In this document: positions 24,598 to 34,643 of the stretch, one piece after another
Layout: each line of letters starts with the position of its first letter
How positions within the stretch are numbered: position 1 is the first letter of the stretch
Virus record (IMG/VR): IMGVR_UViG_3300031787_000332
Span: 1-39,052 of that record
From: a virus
Lineage: Duplodnaviria; Caudoviricetes
Strand: one strand, 5' to 3'
DNA length: 39,052 nucleotides
Made by a program: the position numbers and the translations under genes
Notes under the pieces: generated by a model
Told to the model about the DNA's origin: nothing
Databases searched by the model: none
The model's input: only the letters and a program-made list of their open reading frames with translations

Positions 24598-25249
24598 AGC
24601 CTTGCTTTTTTATAAAAGAGTTAAAGTCGCCTTTGAACTTCTTTGTGCCAATATGGTTTAATGTTATCGTAGGATCTATCCAACACCTATAGCCTAAGCT
24701 CTTCCACTTGTTACATAATATATAATCTTCTGAGATTAGATCTCCATCCTCTACCTTTATGTCACAAACCATTCTGTGCTTTTCACCTTCACTCATATAT
24801 TCTTCACTCATGTCCCAAAGCTTTTCTAGAGCGAACCTACCTATCTTCAAGAAGCCTGTACCGACTCCATCTACTTGTATCAACTTCTTGTCTTCAGAGT
24901 ACTTAAGTGCCTTATCGGTAAGTTTAATAGTATAGCCTTCATTCTTTTCACTCTTTTTAACTAGAGCGCCTCCTACAAAAGGCTCTGGTCTTTCTAGTAG
25001 TCTAAAGAACCATTCTGGTTCCCACTCTGCATCGGAGTCTATAAAAAATAGGTCATCGTACTTGCCGTCTATAGCTAATTTAAACAGGCTGTTTCTGGCA
25101 CGTTGAATAAGAGAATCGTAAGAAGTGTAGATAGCATGGACAAATACGTCCTTTTCATACGACATCTTCACAGTCCCAAGTAGACTATTTGCAAACCAAA
25201 CGTCTATTCTGCCGTCGTAGGACGGGGTGCCGATCAAAACTCTTCTCAT
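24590..25249 (-). CDS. GT-A fold glycosyltransferase-like protein
   Basis: IGTPSY, SLIQRARN, FFIDSD (DxD), GTGFL, SEDY..C..W, H-x-G motifs; start placed at GTTATG (MRRVLIG), 3 codons inside the tracked ORF. Confidence 0.8.
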   Translation of the reverse strand: MRRVLIGTPSYDGRIDVWFANSLLGTVKMSYEKDVFVHAIYTSYDSLIQRARNSLFKLAIDGKYDDLFFIDSDAEWEPEWFFRLLERPEPFVGGALVKKSEKNEGYTIKLTDKALKYSEDKKLIQVDGVGTGFLKIGRFALEKLWDMSEEYMSEGEKHRMVCDIKVEDGDLISEDYILCNKWKSLGYRCWIDPTITLNHIGTKKFKGDFNSFIKKQGYV

Positions 25250-25275
25250 AACCTTCAATATACTACTTTACATAA

Positions 25276-28200
25276 TTAGTCTAAAATCTTTTTCTCTAGT
25301 GCCTCAACTCTCTTGTCTATCTCTTGGATAGCCGAAATGATTGGGGCTATCAACTCTTCGTATGTTAGACGGTAGGCGTCTTTAGTTTTGTCATGGCCTA
25401 AAGCATCAAACTCTACATTTAGCTCTTCAAGTGCTTGTTTTAACTCTTGTGCAATCAAACCATAGCTCTTCTTAGTTCCTGCAAGTGTACCATCTTTCTG
25501 GCCGTATTCGTACTTACACTCTCTTACGTATGTTTCACGGTTGTCCCAATTGAATGATACAGGCCTTAGTTTTTTAATAAGATTCAGACCAAGATCTTTA
25601 GGTAGAGTCTCAATGTTTGTCTTATCACGACAGTCAGAAACGTTAGACCAAGCTACATATACACAGTTGCAAACGTTGTTAGAACTATTACCCCAAACAG
25701 TGTGGTTGCTATAACCATTAAGTGTCATAGCACACATTCCAACTGCTATCGTGTTTTGTTCTGTGGTCATGTATGGGTTTGCACAGAAACCAAGAGCAGT
25801 ATTATTTTTATTTGTTACAGAGCCAAGTGAGCAAAATCCAACAGCCGTATTTGAGTTTCCGGTATTAAGATATAAAGAACCATGTCCAAGAGCAACATTA
25901 TACTTTCCTATTAAATTACATCTTAATGCATTAAAACCAACAGCTACATTTTGGCATCCTGATGTATTTGATCTTAAAGCGCCTGCTCCTACAGCTGCAT
26001 TTTGGATACCAGTTGTATTAGCATATAATGAGGTAATTCCAACTGCTGTGTTATCATTACCTATAGTATTACATCTTAAAGCTGATCTACCTAATGCTGT
26101 GTTATTTATACCAGTAGTATTTAAACAGAGAGAATTAGCACCCAAAGAAGTATTACTAGATCCTGTTGTATTGCAAGTTTGACTTCCTTCTCCAATAGCA
26201 GTATTCGATGCACCAGTAGTATTCGCATATAATGTATTAAAACCAACAGCAACGTTGTTAGAACCAGTTGTGTTAAGTCTAAGCGCATTTCTACCAATAG
26301 CAACGTTATTATTTCCTGAAGTAATGCTAAAAAGTGCAGCAACACCAAGTGCTGAATTGCTTCCACCTGTCACTGCTGCGTTGTTACCAAAAAGAGCATA
26401 AGCTCCAACAGCTGTATTTAAACACCCTGTAGTGACACATCTTGCTGCATAAAATCCGACTGCAGTATTACAACCAGCAGTAGTGTTATTTCTAAGAGCT
26501 ACAAATCCAAGTGCTGTGTTATATCTACCTGTAGTGTTACCTAGTAATGCACCTGCACCAAAAGCAGCGTTAGCTCTACCAGTAGTGTTGGAATATAATG
26601 AACCTTGACCAACTGCCGCATTTATATCGCCGCTGGTATTATTTTTCATTGATCCTTGACCAACCGCAGTGTTACTAGCTCCTGTGCTATTTGCGCACAT
26701 GGCGTCTGTTCCAAAAGCAGAGTTACCAGTAGCAGTGGTGCTAAGAACAAGTGCATTGAAACCTACTGCCGTGTTACATATTCCGACAGTGTTATCTCTT
26801 AGTGCTTGAACTCCAACTGCTGTGTTAAATGTACCAGATGTATTATTCTGTAATGCTGATGAACCTACTGCTGCGTTATTTATACCAGTAGTATTACTAA
26901 ACATTGCTGAATTACCAACAGCTGTATTTCCTCCACCTGTTGTATTATTATAAAGTGCGTATGTACCAAAGGCAGCATTACCGTTTCCAGTAGTATTAGC
27001 TGTTAACGCTCTATCTCCCATTGCTACGTTTCTACAACCAGTAGTATTGGTATAAAGTGCTCTTGAACCAAATGCGTTATTTCTAAATCCTGTAGTATTA
27101 GAGCCTAAAGCATATCTTCCTGTAGCTGTATTGCAATAGCCTGATGTATTAGATCTTAATGCCCCAATACCAACAGCTGTGTTTCCTGTACCTGTTGTAT
27201 TACTTCTTAATGCACAAAATCCTACTGCTGTGTTGTTAGATGCTGTGTTTGCACACAATGCATGCTGGCCTACAGCTGTGTTATTGTTACCTGTGGTGTT
27301 GCTCAACATGGCTTGATAACCTACAGCCACATTATAACATCCAATAGTGTTTACATTCAGAGCACTTCTACCTACCGCGGTGTTATTATTACCAGTTGTG
27401 TTATCTCTCAGAGCGTACAAACCAACTGCTACGTTTGCTGTACCAGTGGTGTTGTTTGTTAATGAATTGAAGCCTACAGCAGTGTTATTTGGAGCCGTAT
27501 TAAGTCTTAAACTGCCAAAACCTAAAGCTGTATTATTTGCACCAGTAGTATTACTCCTCAATGCACAAAAACCTACAGCAGTGTTATTGGAAGCTGTGTT
27601 ACAGAATAAAGCTAGTCTTCCTATTGCAGTGTTATTTGTACCTACAGTGTTATAAAAAAGTGCAGCAGCACCTATAGCTGTATTTTCTGCTCCTGTTGTA
27701 TTTGACACTAAGGCAGCACTACCCAATGCTGTATTAAAACAACCTATTGTTGTATCTCTTAATGCACTTTCACCTAATGCAGTGTTTGAACCACCTGTAG
27801 TATTTGCTCTTAATGCACAGAAACCAACAGCAGCATTATTAGTTCCAGTAGTATTACTTCTTAATGCACAGAAGCCTAATGCCGTATTATTTGATGCTGT
27901 GTTATCTCTAAGAGCCATTGCACCAAAAGCAACATTATTGTTTCCTACAGTGTTTGATCTTAAAGAATCGACTCCTACTGCTGTATTACATACTCCTGAG
28001 GAGTTATTTTGTAAACTTGATACACCTACAGATGTATTCCAAATACCGGTTGTATTAGAATTTAATGAAAAACTTCCAACCGCTGTATTAATATTTCCTG
28101 CTGTATTACTTGTTAGAGTAAAGCCACCTAAGCCTGTATTGTAGTTTCCTGTAGTATTTGATTCAAGAGCTCTTGTACCTAAAGCTACGTTATGGCATCC

Positions 28201-31200
28201 TGTTGTACTAGCTCTTAAGGCTCTATATCCAACTGCCACATTGGCATTAGCTGAAGTAGATGCAAAGTTAGAAGCACACAGAGCTTCAAAACCTACGGCT
28301 GTTTGTCTATCTCCTGTTGTATTTGCACAAAGAGCTCTAACTCCAAAAGCAACGTTTCCAGTGCCTGTAGAGTTTGCTTGTAAGGCTCTATATCCTAATG
28401 CTGCATTATTTACTCCCGCAGTGTTTGATATCATGACACCACTACCAATAGCTGTGTTTTGATCGCCTGTAGTGTTGGCTCTTAATGTACACCAACCCAT
28501 ACCTACGTTCATTGTACCTGAGGTATTACTATTCAATGCACAAAATCCTACTGCTGTATTGTTTGATGCTGTGTTAGCAAGAAGCGAATAATGACCCACT
28601 GCAGTGTTGTTAGTACCTACAGTGTTAGACTCTAAAGCAGCATTACCAACAGCTGTATTCTTAACCCCACTCGTATTGTTAATCAACGCATTACGTCCAA
28701 TCGCTGTATTGTGCACACCTGTAGTGTTAGCACAAAGTGCGTTGTTTCCAACAGCCACGTTACATGCACCCGTGGTGTTATTACCCATAGCACTGGTACC
28801 AATAGCTACGTTACAGAATCCTATCGTATTAGTGACAAGAGAGTTCTGGCCTACAGCAGTGTTAAAGTTACCAGTGGTGTTATTGTAAAGGGACGATTTA
28901 CCTACAGCTGTATTAGCACAGCCTATAGTGTTGAGTCTCAGAGCACTAAAGCCCACCGCTGTATTCTCTATGGCTGAAGTGTTACACAACAGTGCAAGTC
29001 TACCAATAGCTGTGTTACTAACACCAGTAGTATTCTTGTGCAGTGCGAATGATCCTAAAGCAGTGTTGTCAGAAGCTGTATTGAAATAACCAGCTGCTCT
29101 ACCAATTATAGTGTTGTTGTCTCCTGCTGTAGAATTGAATGCGGCTAAATCACCTATGGCTGTGTTATACTTACCAGTTATATTACAACGTAAAGCTGAG
29201 TTACCTACAGCAGTGTTACAGCCTCCAGATGTATTAGCTAAGAGTGCTGATATACCAAATGCGGTGTTATTTGAACCTGATGTATTTCCTTGTAGTGCAC
29301 TATTACCAACTGCTGTATTATTAAGACCAGTTGTATTACTACATAAAGCATTAGTACCAATAGCAACTAAGTTACTAACTGTATTGTTAAATAATGCACT
29401 TACACCAATAGCAACATTATAGCCTCCTGCTGTGTTTTTACACAAGGCTTCTGTACCTATTGCTACGTTATTATTACCAGTTAGATTAGCGGTAGCAGCT
29501 CTACCACCAATAGCTATGTTTTGAGTACCGATTGTATTTGTACACAAAGCACTTAATCCTATAGCAACATTGAGTGTACCGCTAATATTAGCTCTTAATG
29601 CACAAACACCTACAGCTGTATTGTTTACACCTGTAGTGTTTTGACGAAGTGCTTGGTCTCCAATAGCAACGTTATTAATACCTACTGTGTTAGTGTATAA
29701 AGCTTCTTTACCAACACCTACGTTACAGTTTCCTGTTGTGTTAGCACGTAGAGCACATATACCAACTGCCACATTATAAGCACCTATTGTATTACATTTT
29801 AGTGCATTATAACCAACTGCTGTGTTACGACCACCTGTAGTGTTGGCCTGCAGTGAAAACGCACCAAGAGCTGTGTTACATGTACCAGTGGTGTTAGTAA
29901 CCAAGGAAAAGTAACCTAATCCTGTATTTAATGCACCAAGAGTATTAGCTCTCAATGCAGAAAAACCTACAGCTGTATTATTATTTGCTGTGTTAGCCTC
30001 TAATGTTCTTGTACCTAGTGCAGTGTTACATTGACCACTAACATTAGCTCTTAAGGCACGATATCCAACAGCTACATTTGCATTAGATGATGTAAAACTT
30101 GAGTTTGAAATACAGAGGGCTTCAAAGCCAATAGCCACCTGAGCTCCACCAGTTGTATTTGCACAAAGAGCATTTTTACCTACAGCAGTATTATTTATAC
30201 CAGTTGTGTTAGAAATCATTGTTAAATTTCCCACAGCAACATTAGAATTTCCTGTTGTATTATTTCTTAATGCAGAAGTACCAAGTGCTGTGTTATAACA
30301 TCCTGTTGTGTTAGATTGAAGAGCAGCATACCCTACTGCAACGCTTGGAGTAGACGACGTACCTCCAAAGTTGGAAAGGCGTAATGCTCTGTGACCTATA
30401 GCAACATTAAAACCACCTGTTGTGTTTGTATACAATGCATCACTTCCAATTGCAACATTTCTTGTGCCTGTTGTGTTCCTATTTAGTGCGCATGAGCCTA
30501 TTGCAGTATTACAAATTCCTGCAGTGTTAGCTTCCAATGCCCTTGTACCGAGAGCTGAGTTACTTACACCATTTGTGTTAGCGCTCAATGCTCTATATCC
30601 TACAGCAACGTTTGCAGTTACAGATGTTGAAGCGAAGTTTGATGAACATAGAGCTTCAAAACCTACAGCTACTTGTTGACCTCCTGTTGTGTTACACCTT
30701 AGTGCATTTTTACCAGTAGCGGTATTATTAATACCTATTGTATTAAAAGCTAAAGCGGCAGATCCCACTGCTGTGTTACAACTTCCAGTAGTACTACAGA
30801 ATAAAGCATATGCACCTAAAGCTGTATTTTCACTTGGTGTAGTGGCTACTTGCAAAGCAAGATGGCCCAATGCTGTATTAGCAATACCTGTGGTGTTTGC
30901 TCTTAATGCACATAATCCTACACTTGTATTATTAAATCCTGTAGTATTTTCTCTTAGTGCACAGGCACCAAAAGCAGTGTTATTTGAAGCTGTGCTTGTA
31001 CACAATGCATGGAATCCCATGGCGGTATTATTATTACCGCTACTATTAGTGCATAATGCTCTAGCTCCTACAGCTGTATTATTAACTCCTGTTGAATTCT
31101 TGTCAAGAGTTAAATCACCAACAGCTGTATTATATTGTCCTGTAGTATTTAATCTTAAAGCTGATCTTCCTAAGCTTGTATTATATGCACCAGTAGTATT

Positions 31201-34200
31201 AGATCTTAATGCATAAGTACCAATGCCTGTATTATTACTTGCTGTGTTACAGCACATACTACCCCAACCTACACTGGTATTATTTGTACCAACTGTGTTT
31301 GCTCTAGATGAATAATAACCTACAGCTACGTTTCTTGTACCTGTAGTGTTTGATCCAAGAGAAGCAAAACCCACTGCAATATTTCCTGCTCCTGTTGTAT
31401 TATTTCTGAGTGCATTAGAACCTAATACCACGTTATATGCACCTGTTGTATTACTTCTTAATGCACAGAAACCTATTGCTGTGTTATTTGAGGCTGTATT
31501 GGAATACAAAGCTAAATGGCCTATACCTACGTTATTCTGTCCAACACCATTAGTACGTAAAGCACTATCACCAACTGCCACATTAAATTTACCTGTAGTG
31601 TTAGCAATTAATGCTGCCCATCCCATACCTATATTACTGTAGCCTGTAGTGTTAGCTTGTAATGTATAAGCACCAACACCTATATTGTTGTTACTAGCAT
31701 TAGCTCTTAATGATCTATATCCTATAGCTACAGTTGAATTACCTCCTGCACCATACTGCATAGCACAGTTACCAACCACTGTATTTCTTTGACCTCCTAT
31801 ATTGCTTTGTGAAGCAAGAAATCCTATGGCTATATTTTGCGTACCTGTTGTGTTACTTCTTAATGCACAAAAACCTACAGCGGTGTTGTTTGATGCTGTG
31901 TTGCAAAGCAATGCAGTATATCCTACAGCCGTATTATTTGAACCAACAACATTTAGTCCTAATGCTGCTGAGCCTACTGCTGTATTGAAGCATCCTGTAG
32001 TATTTGAACCTAGTGTATAATTCCCTAATGCTGTGTTATGATTTGCTGTAGTATTTTTCCAAAGTGATAATCTACCAAAAGCCGTATTTGCTAAACCAGT
32101 TGTATTTGCTGGTAAAGAGGCGTAACCAAGAGATGAATTATAATTACCAGTTGTATTACTACGAAGTGCTAAATAACCAACTGCTGTATTTTGAGCACCT
32201 GTTGTATTACTTCTCAACGCACAAAAACCTATTGCTGTGTTGTTGGAGGCTGTGTTGCATAATAAAGCAAGATAACCAATACCTACGTTATTAACTCCTG
32301 TAATATTATCTCTTAAAGCCAAGAACCCAACTGCAACGTTTCTAGTGCCTGATGTATTGTTTCTTAAAGCACAATGTCCGATACCAATATTACCTTCAGC
32401 ACAAGTGTTACAGAACAATGCTGAGTAGCCTATTGCAATGTTTTGATTTCCTGTTGTATTGTTTCTAAGAGTGCAAACACCTATAGATACGTTTTGAGTA
32501 CCAGTAGTATTACTTCTTAATGCAAAGAATCCAACTGCTGTATTGTTTGATGCTGTATTACAATATAAAGCGTTTCTACCGATTGCTACGTTATTATCTC
32601 CTACTGTGTTAGATATGAGGGCGTAATGTCCTAGTGCCACGTTATCAGAGCCTGCAGTGTTAGCTTCCATAGAGGCTCTACCTACAGCTACGTTTCTGTT
32701 ACCACTAGTGTTTAGACGGAGACTAGCGTGTCCTACTGCTATGTTATTACTTCCAGTTGTATTGCAGGATAAAGCATTTGCACCTAAGCCTGTGTTTTGA
32801 AGTCCTGTTGTATTACTAAATAAAGCAGCTGTACCTACCGCTGTGTTACTTACTCCTGTTGTATTATACCGTAATGCTGAGGTACCTACTGCGGTATTAT
32901 TAGATTCAGTATTAACTCTTAAGGCATAAAATCCAAGACCTGTATTATTCGCTCCTGTACTATTAGCCCACAATGCTCTTGCTCCAAATGCTGTATTATT
33001 TCCTCCTGATGTGTTGGTCTCCATTGCTTGCCAACCCATTGCTGTATTGTAAGCGGCTGTATTAGAACAAAGTGTTCTAAAGCCTACAGCTGTACTTCCT
33101 CCATTTGTTGTATTGGCTGCTAAAGCTGCTCTACCAACTGCTGTATTATATCTTCCTATTGTGTTACTAGAAAGAGCGGAAACACCTATGGCTGTGTTGG
33201 CATTACCTGTTGTATTGGAAAATAAGGAACTTCCTCCTAAAGCTACGTTGTAAGAACCTCCAGTGTTTAATCTCATTGCACTTGTTCCAACTGCTGTATT
33301 AGATCCTCCTGTTGTATTTGTTAAAAGTGCATAGAAACCCAATGCGTTATTGTCTGCACCAACAGTATTAGACCTTAATGCTTTGTATCCTACTGCTGTA
33401 TTTGGTGTACCAGTAGTATTACTATTTAATGCATAGAATCCAACAGCTGTGTTATTAGATGCTGTGTTAGCACGAAGTGCTTTATCTCCAATAGCAACAT
33501 TTTTTATACCTACTGTATTAGTATACAAGGCATCTACTCCAATACCTATGTTATATGCACCTGTTGTATTACTTTTTAGAGCATCTGGTGCTATTGCAAT
33601 ATTACGGCAACCAATTGTATTATTTACTAATGCACATCTACCAATAGCTGTATTAACAGTTCCTGTAGTGTTTGATGCTAGTGCTTTATAACCTACAGCT
33701 GTATTTAATGCACCAGTGGTATTACTCCTCAAAGCACAAAATCCTACAGCTGTGTTGTTTGATGCTGTGTTACAATAAAGAGATTGATATCCAACAGATA
33801 CGTTACTGTTTCCTGTAGTATTAAATTTAAGAGCATTAACACCTAAAGCTGTATTACAACCACCAGTAGTATTACAAGCTGAAGAAACAGCTCCAAAAGA
33901 TGCGTTACTAGCTCCTGTTGTGTTTTTAGCCAAAGCAAAAGAACCTACACCAGTATTATATGTTCCAGATGTATTGCTAGCTAAAGCACATATACCTACT
34001 GCAACACTACTTATACCAGTAGTATTAGCCCTTAATGCACAAAATCCTACAGCCGTATTGTTTGATGCTGTATTACAGCGTAGACTTTCATTACCAACAG
34101 CTACGTTACATCCACCTGCTGTGTTAGCTCCTAATGAACTATTACCAATAGCTACGTTACATCTACCTATTGTATTTGCTTGTAAAGCACTTGCTCCAAT

Positions 34201-34599
34201 TGCACTGTTATATCCTCCTGATGTATTTGCTTGTAAAGCGCTTCTACCAATTGATGTATTATAGTTTCCAGTAGTGTTAGCAAATAATGAACAAAGACCA
34301 AATGCTGAATTTCCTGCACCGGTGGTATTGGATCTTAATGCACATGATCCAACTGCTGTACTGTTAGCTCCGGTTGTATTGAGTCTAAGAGCGTCTGCAC
34401 CTACAGCTACATTATTACCTCCTATTGTATTGCTAGCTAATGCATTAGCACCTACTCTTACGTTGGTGATTACGTTTCCCCCACCTTCGCCTACACAAAC
34501 TCCATTGAATATAGAATCGCAGGTCGTTGACAGCGATCCAGTTACTTGAGAATTCTCTAGTGCTATGAGGCCATTCCTGGCTACAAATTCATTTGGCAT
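25276..34599 (-). CDS. Giant fibre/adhesin with YadA-head-like 14-aa repeats and C-terminal peptidase S74 intramolecular chaperone
   Basis: 3107 aa; about 2900 aa of NTTG-x-x-N-T-A-(V/I)-G-x-x-A-L repeats; C-terminal SDCRDKTNI...LRPVSFNW...GLIAQEL...LIAPII.AIQE coiled coil. Confidence 0.9.
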   Translation of the reverse strand: MPNEFVARNGLIALENSQVTGSLSTTCDSIFNGVCVGEGGGNVITNVRVGANALASNTIGGNNVAVGADALRLNTTGANSTAVGSCALRSNTTGAGNSAFGLCSLFANTTGNYNTSIGRSALQANTSGGYNSAIGASALQANTIGRCNVAIGNSSLGANTAGGCNVAVGNESLRCNTASNNTAVGFCALRANTTGISSVAVGICALASNTSGTYNTGVGSFALAKNTTGASNASFGAVSSACNTTGGCNTALGVNALKFNTTGNSNVSVGYQSLYCNTASNNTAVGFCALRSNTTGALNTAVGYKALASNTTGTVNTAIGRCALVNNTIGCRNIAIAPDALKSNTTGAYNIGIGVDALYTNTVGIKNVAIGDKALRANTASNNTAVGFYALNSNTTGTPNTAVGYKALRSNTVGADNNALGFYALLTNTTGGSNTAVGTSAMRLNTGGSYNVALGGSSLFSNTTGNANTAIGVSALSSNTIGRYNTAVGRAALAANTTNGGSTAVGFRTLCSNTAAYNTAMGWQAMETNTSGGNNTAFGARALWANSTGANNTGLGFYALRVNTESNNTAVGTSALRYNTTGVSNTAVGTAALFSNTTGLQNTGLGANALSCNTTGSNNIAVGHASLRLNTSGNRNVAVGRASMEANTAGSDNVALGHYALISNTVGDNNVAIGRNALYCNTASNNTAVGFFALRSNTTGTQNVSIGVCTLRNNTTGNQNIAIGYSALFCNTCAEGNIGIGHCALRNNTSGTRNVAVGFLALRDNITGVNNVGIGYLALLCNTASNNTAIGFCALRSNTTGAQNTAVGYLALRSNTTGNYNSSLGYASLPANTTGLANTAFGRLSLWKNTTANHNTALGNYTLGSNTTGCFNTAVGSAALGLNVVGSNNTAVGYTALLCNTASNNTAVGFCALRSNTTGTQNIAIGFLASQSNIGGQRNTVVGNCAMQYGAGGNSTVAIGYRSLRANASNNNIGVGAYTLQANTTGYSNIGMGWAALIANTTGKFNVAVGDSALRTNGVGQNNVGIGHLALYSNTASNNTAIGFCALRSNTTGAYNVVLGSNALRNNTTGAGNIAVGFASLGSNTTGTRNVAVGYYSSRANTVGTNNTSVGWGSMCCNTASNNTGIGTYALRSNTTGAYNTSLGRSALRLNTTGQYNTAVGDLTLDKNSTGVNNTAVGARALCTNSSGNNNTAMGFHALCTSTASNNTAFGACALRENTTGFNNTSVGLCALRANTTGIANTALGHLALQVATTPSENTALGAYALFCSTTGSCNTAVGSAALAFNTIGINNTATGKNALRCNTTGGQQVAVGFEALCSSNFASTSVTANVAVGYRALSANTNGVSNSALGTRALEANTAGICNTAIGSCALNRNTTGTRNVAIGSDALYTNTTGGFNVAIGHRALRLSNFGGTSSTPSVAVGYAALQSNTTGCYNTALGTSALRNNTTGNSNVAVGNLTMISNTTGINNTAVGKNALCANTTGGAQVAIGFEALCISNSSFTSSNANVAVGYRALRANVSGQCNTALGTRTLEANTANNNTAVGFSALRANTLGALNTGLGYFSLVTNTTGTCNTALGAFSLQANTTGGRNTAVGYNALKCNTIGAYNVAVGICALRANTTGNCNVGVGKEALYTNTVGINNVAIGDQALRQNTTGVNNTAVGVCALRANISGTLNVAIGLSALCTNTIGTQNIAIGGRAATANLTGNNNVAIGTEALCKNTAGGYNVAIGVSALFNNTVSNLVAIGTNALCSNTTGLNNTAVGNSALQGNTSGSNNTAFGISALLANTSGGCNTAVGNSALRCNITGKYNTAIGDLAAFNSTAGDNNTIIGRAAGYFNTASDNTALGSFALHKNTTGVSNTAIGRLALLCNTSAIENTAVGFSALRLNTIGCANTAVGKSSLYNNTTGNFNTAVGQNSLVTNTIGFCNVAIGTSAMGNNTTGACNVAVGNNALCANTTGVHNTAIGRNALINNTSGVKNTAVGNAALESNTVGTNNTAVGHYSLLANTASNNTAVGFCALNSNTSGTMNVGMGWCTLRANTTGDQNTAIGSGVMISNTAGVNNAALGYRALQANSTGTGNVAFGVRALCANTTGDRQTAVGFEALCASNFASTSANANVAVGYRALRASTTGCHNVALGTRALESNTTGNYNTGLGGFTLTSNTAGNINTAVGSFSLNSNTTGIWNTSVGVSSLQNNSSGVCNTAVGVDSLRSNTVGNNNVAFGAMALRDNTASNNTALGFCALRSNTTGTNNAAVGFCALRANTTGGSNTALGESALRDTTIGCFNTALGSAALVSNTTGAENTAIGAAALFYNTVGTNNTAIGRLALFCNTASNNTAVGFCALRSNTTGANNTALGFGSLRLNTAPNNTAVGFNSLTNNTTGTANVAVGLYALRDNTTGNNNTAVGRSALNVNTIGCYNVAVGYQAMLSNTTGNNNTAVGQHALCANTASNNTAVGFCALRSNTTGTGNTAVGIGALRSNTSGYCNTATGRYALGSNTTGFRNNAFGSRALYTNTTGCRNVAMGDRALTANTTGNGNAAFGTYALYNNTTGGGNTAVGNSAMFSNTTGINNAAVGSSALQNNTSGTFNTAVGVQALRDNTVGICNTAVGFNALVLSTTATGNSAFGTDAMCANSTGASNTAVGQGSMKNNTSGDINAAVGQGSLYSNTTGRANAAFGAGALLGNTTGRYNTALGFVALRNNTTAGCNTAVGFYAARCVTTGCLNTAVGAYALFGNNAAVTGGSNSALGVAALFSITSGNNNVAIGRNALRLNTTGSNNVAVGFNTLYANTTGASNTAIGEGSQTCNTTGSSNTSLGANSLCLNTTGINNTALGRSALRCNTIGNDNTAVGITSLYANTTGIQNAAVGAGALRSNTSGCQNVAVGFNALRCNLIGKYNVALGHGSLYLNTGNSNTAVGFCSLGSVTNKNNTALGFCANPYMTTEQNTIAVGMCAMTLNGYSNHTVWGNSSNNVCNCVYVAWSNVSDCRDKTNIETLPKDLGLNLIKKLRPVSFNWDNRETYVRECKYEYGQKDGTLAGTKKSYGLIAQELKQALEELNVEFDALGHDKTKDAYRLTYEELIAPIISAIQEIDKRVEALEKKILD
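25720..34470 (-). repeat. Degenerate coding tandem repeat, 42-bp unit (39-bp and longer variants), roughly 200 copies
   Basis: Visible protein periodicity; recurring + strand DNA such as 'aatgcacaaaatcctac...gtgttgtttgatgctgtgtt'; boundaries approximate. Confidence 0.85.
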
Positions 34600-34607
34600 T
34601 TTACTCT

Positions 34608-34631
34608 ACCTTAGTTCACTTTCCCTAAGGT
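34608..34631 (-). promoter_or_regulatory. 5'-UTR hairpin of the giant fibre gene
   Basis: Minus strand ACCTTAG-GGAAAGTGAA-CTAAGGT, 8 nt before the ATG, no U-tract. Confidence 0.55.
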
Positions 34632-34643
34632 GGGGGATTTGAA

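Noticed and set aside
19421-25249. Glycosyltransferase cluster as a DNA hypermodification system
   Set aside because: Not excluded, but no base hydroxymethylase, dioxygenase or nucleotide-modifying gene is in the window and the cluster lies among structural genes, so it was ranked below virion or cell-surface modification.
25720-34470. Possible CRISPR array or non-coding tandem repeat
   Set aside because: Repeats are degenerate at third codon positions and lie in one open frame; no repeat-spacer structure.
25751-34549. Many plus-strand ORFs (PTAVLL/PVVL rich) inside the giant fibre gene
   Set aside because: Antisense shadows caused by the repeat codon pattern; no independent starts or signals.
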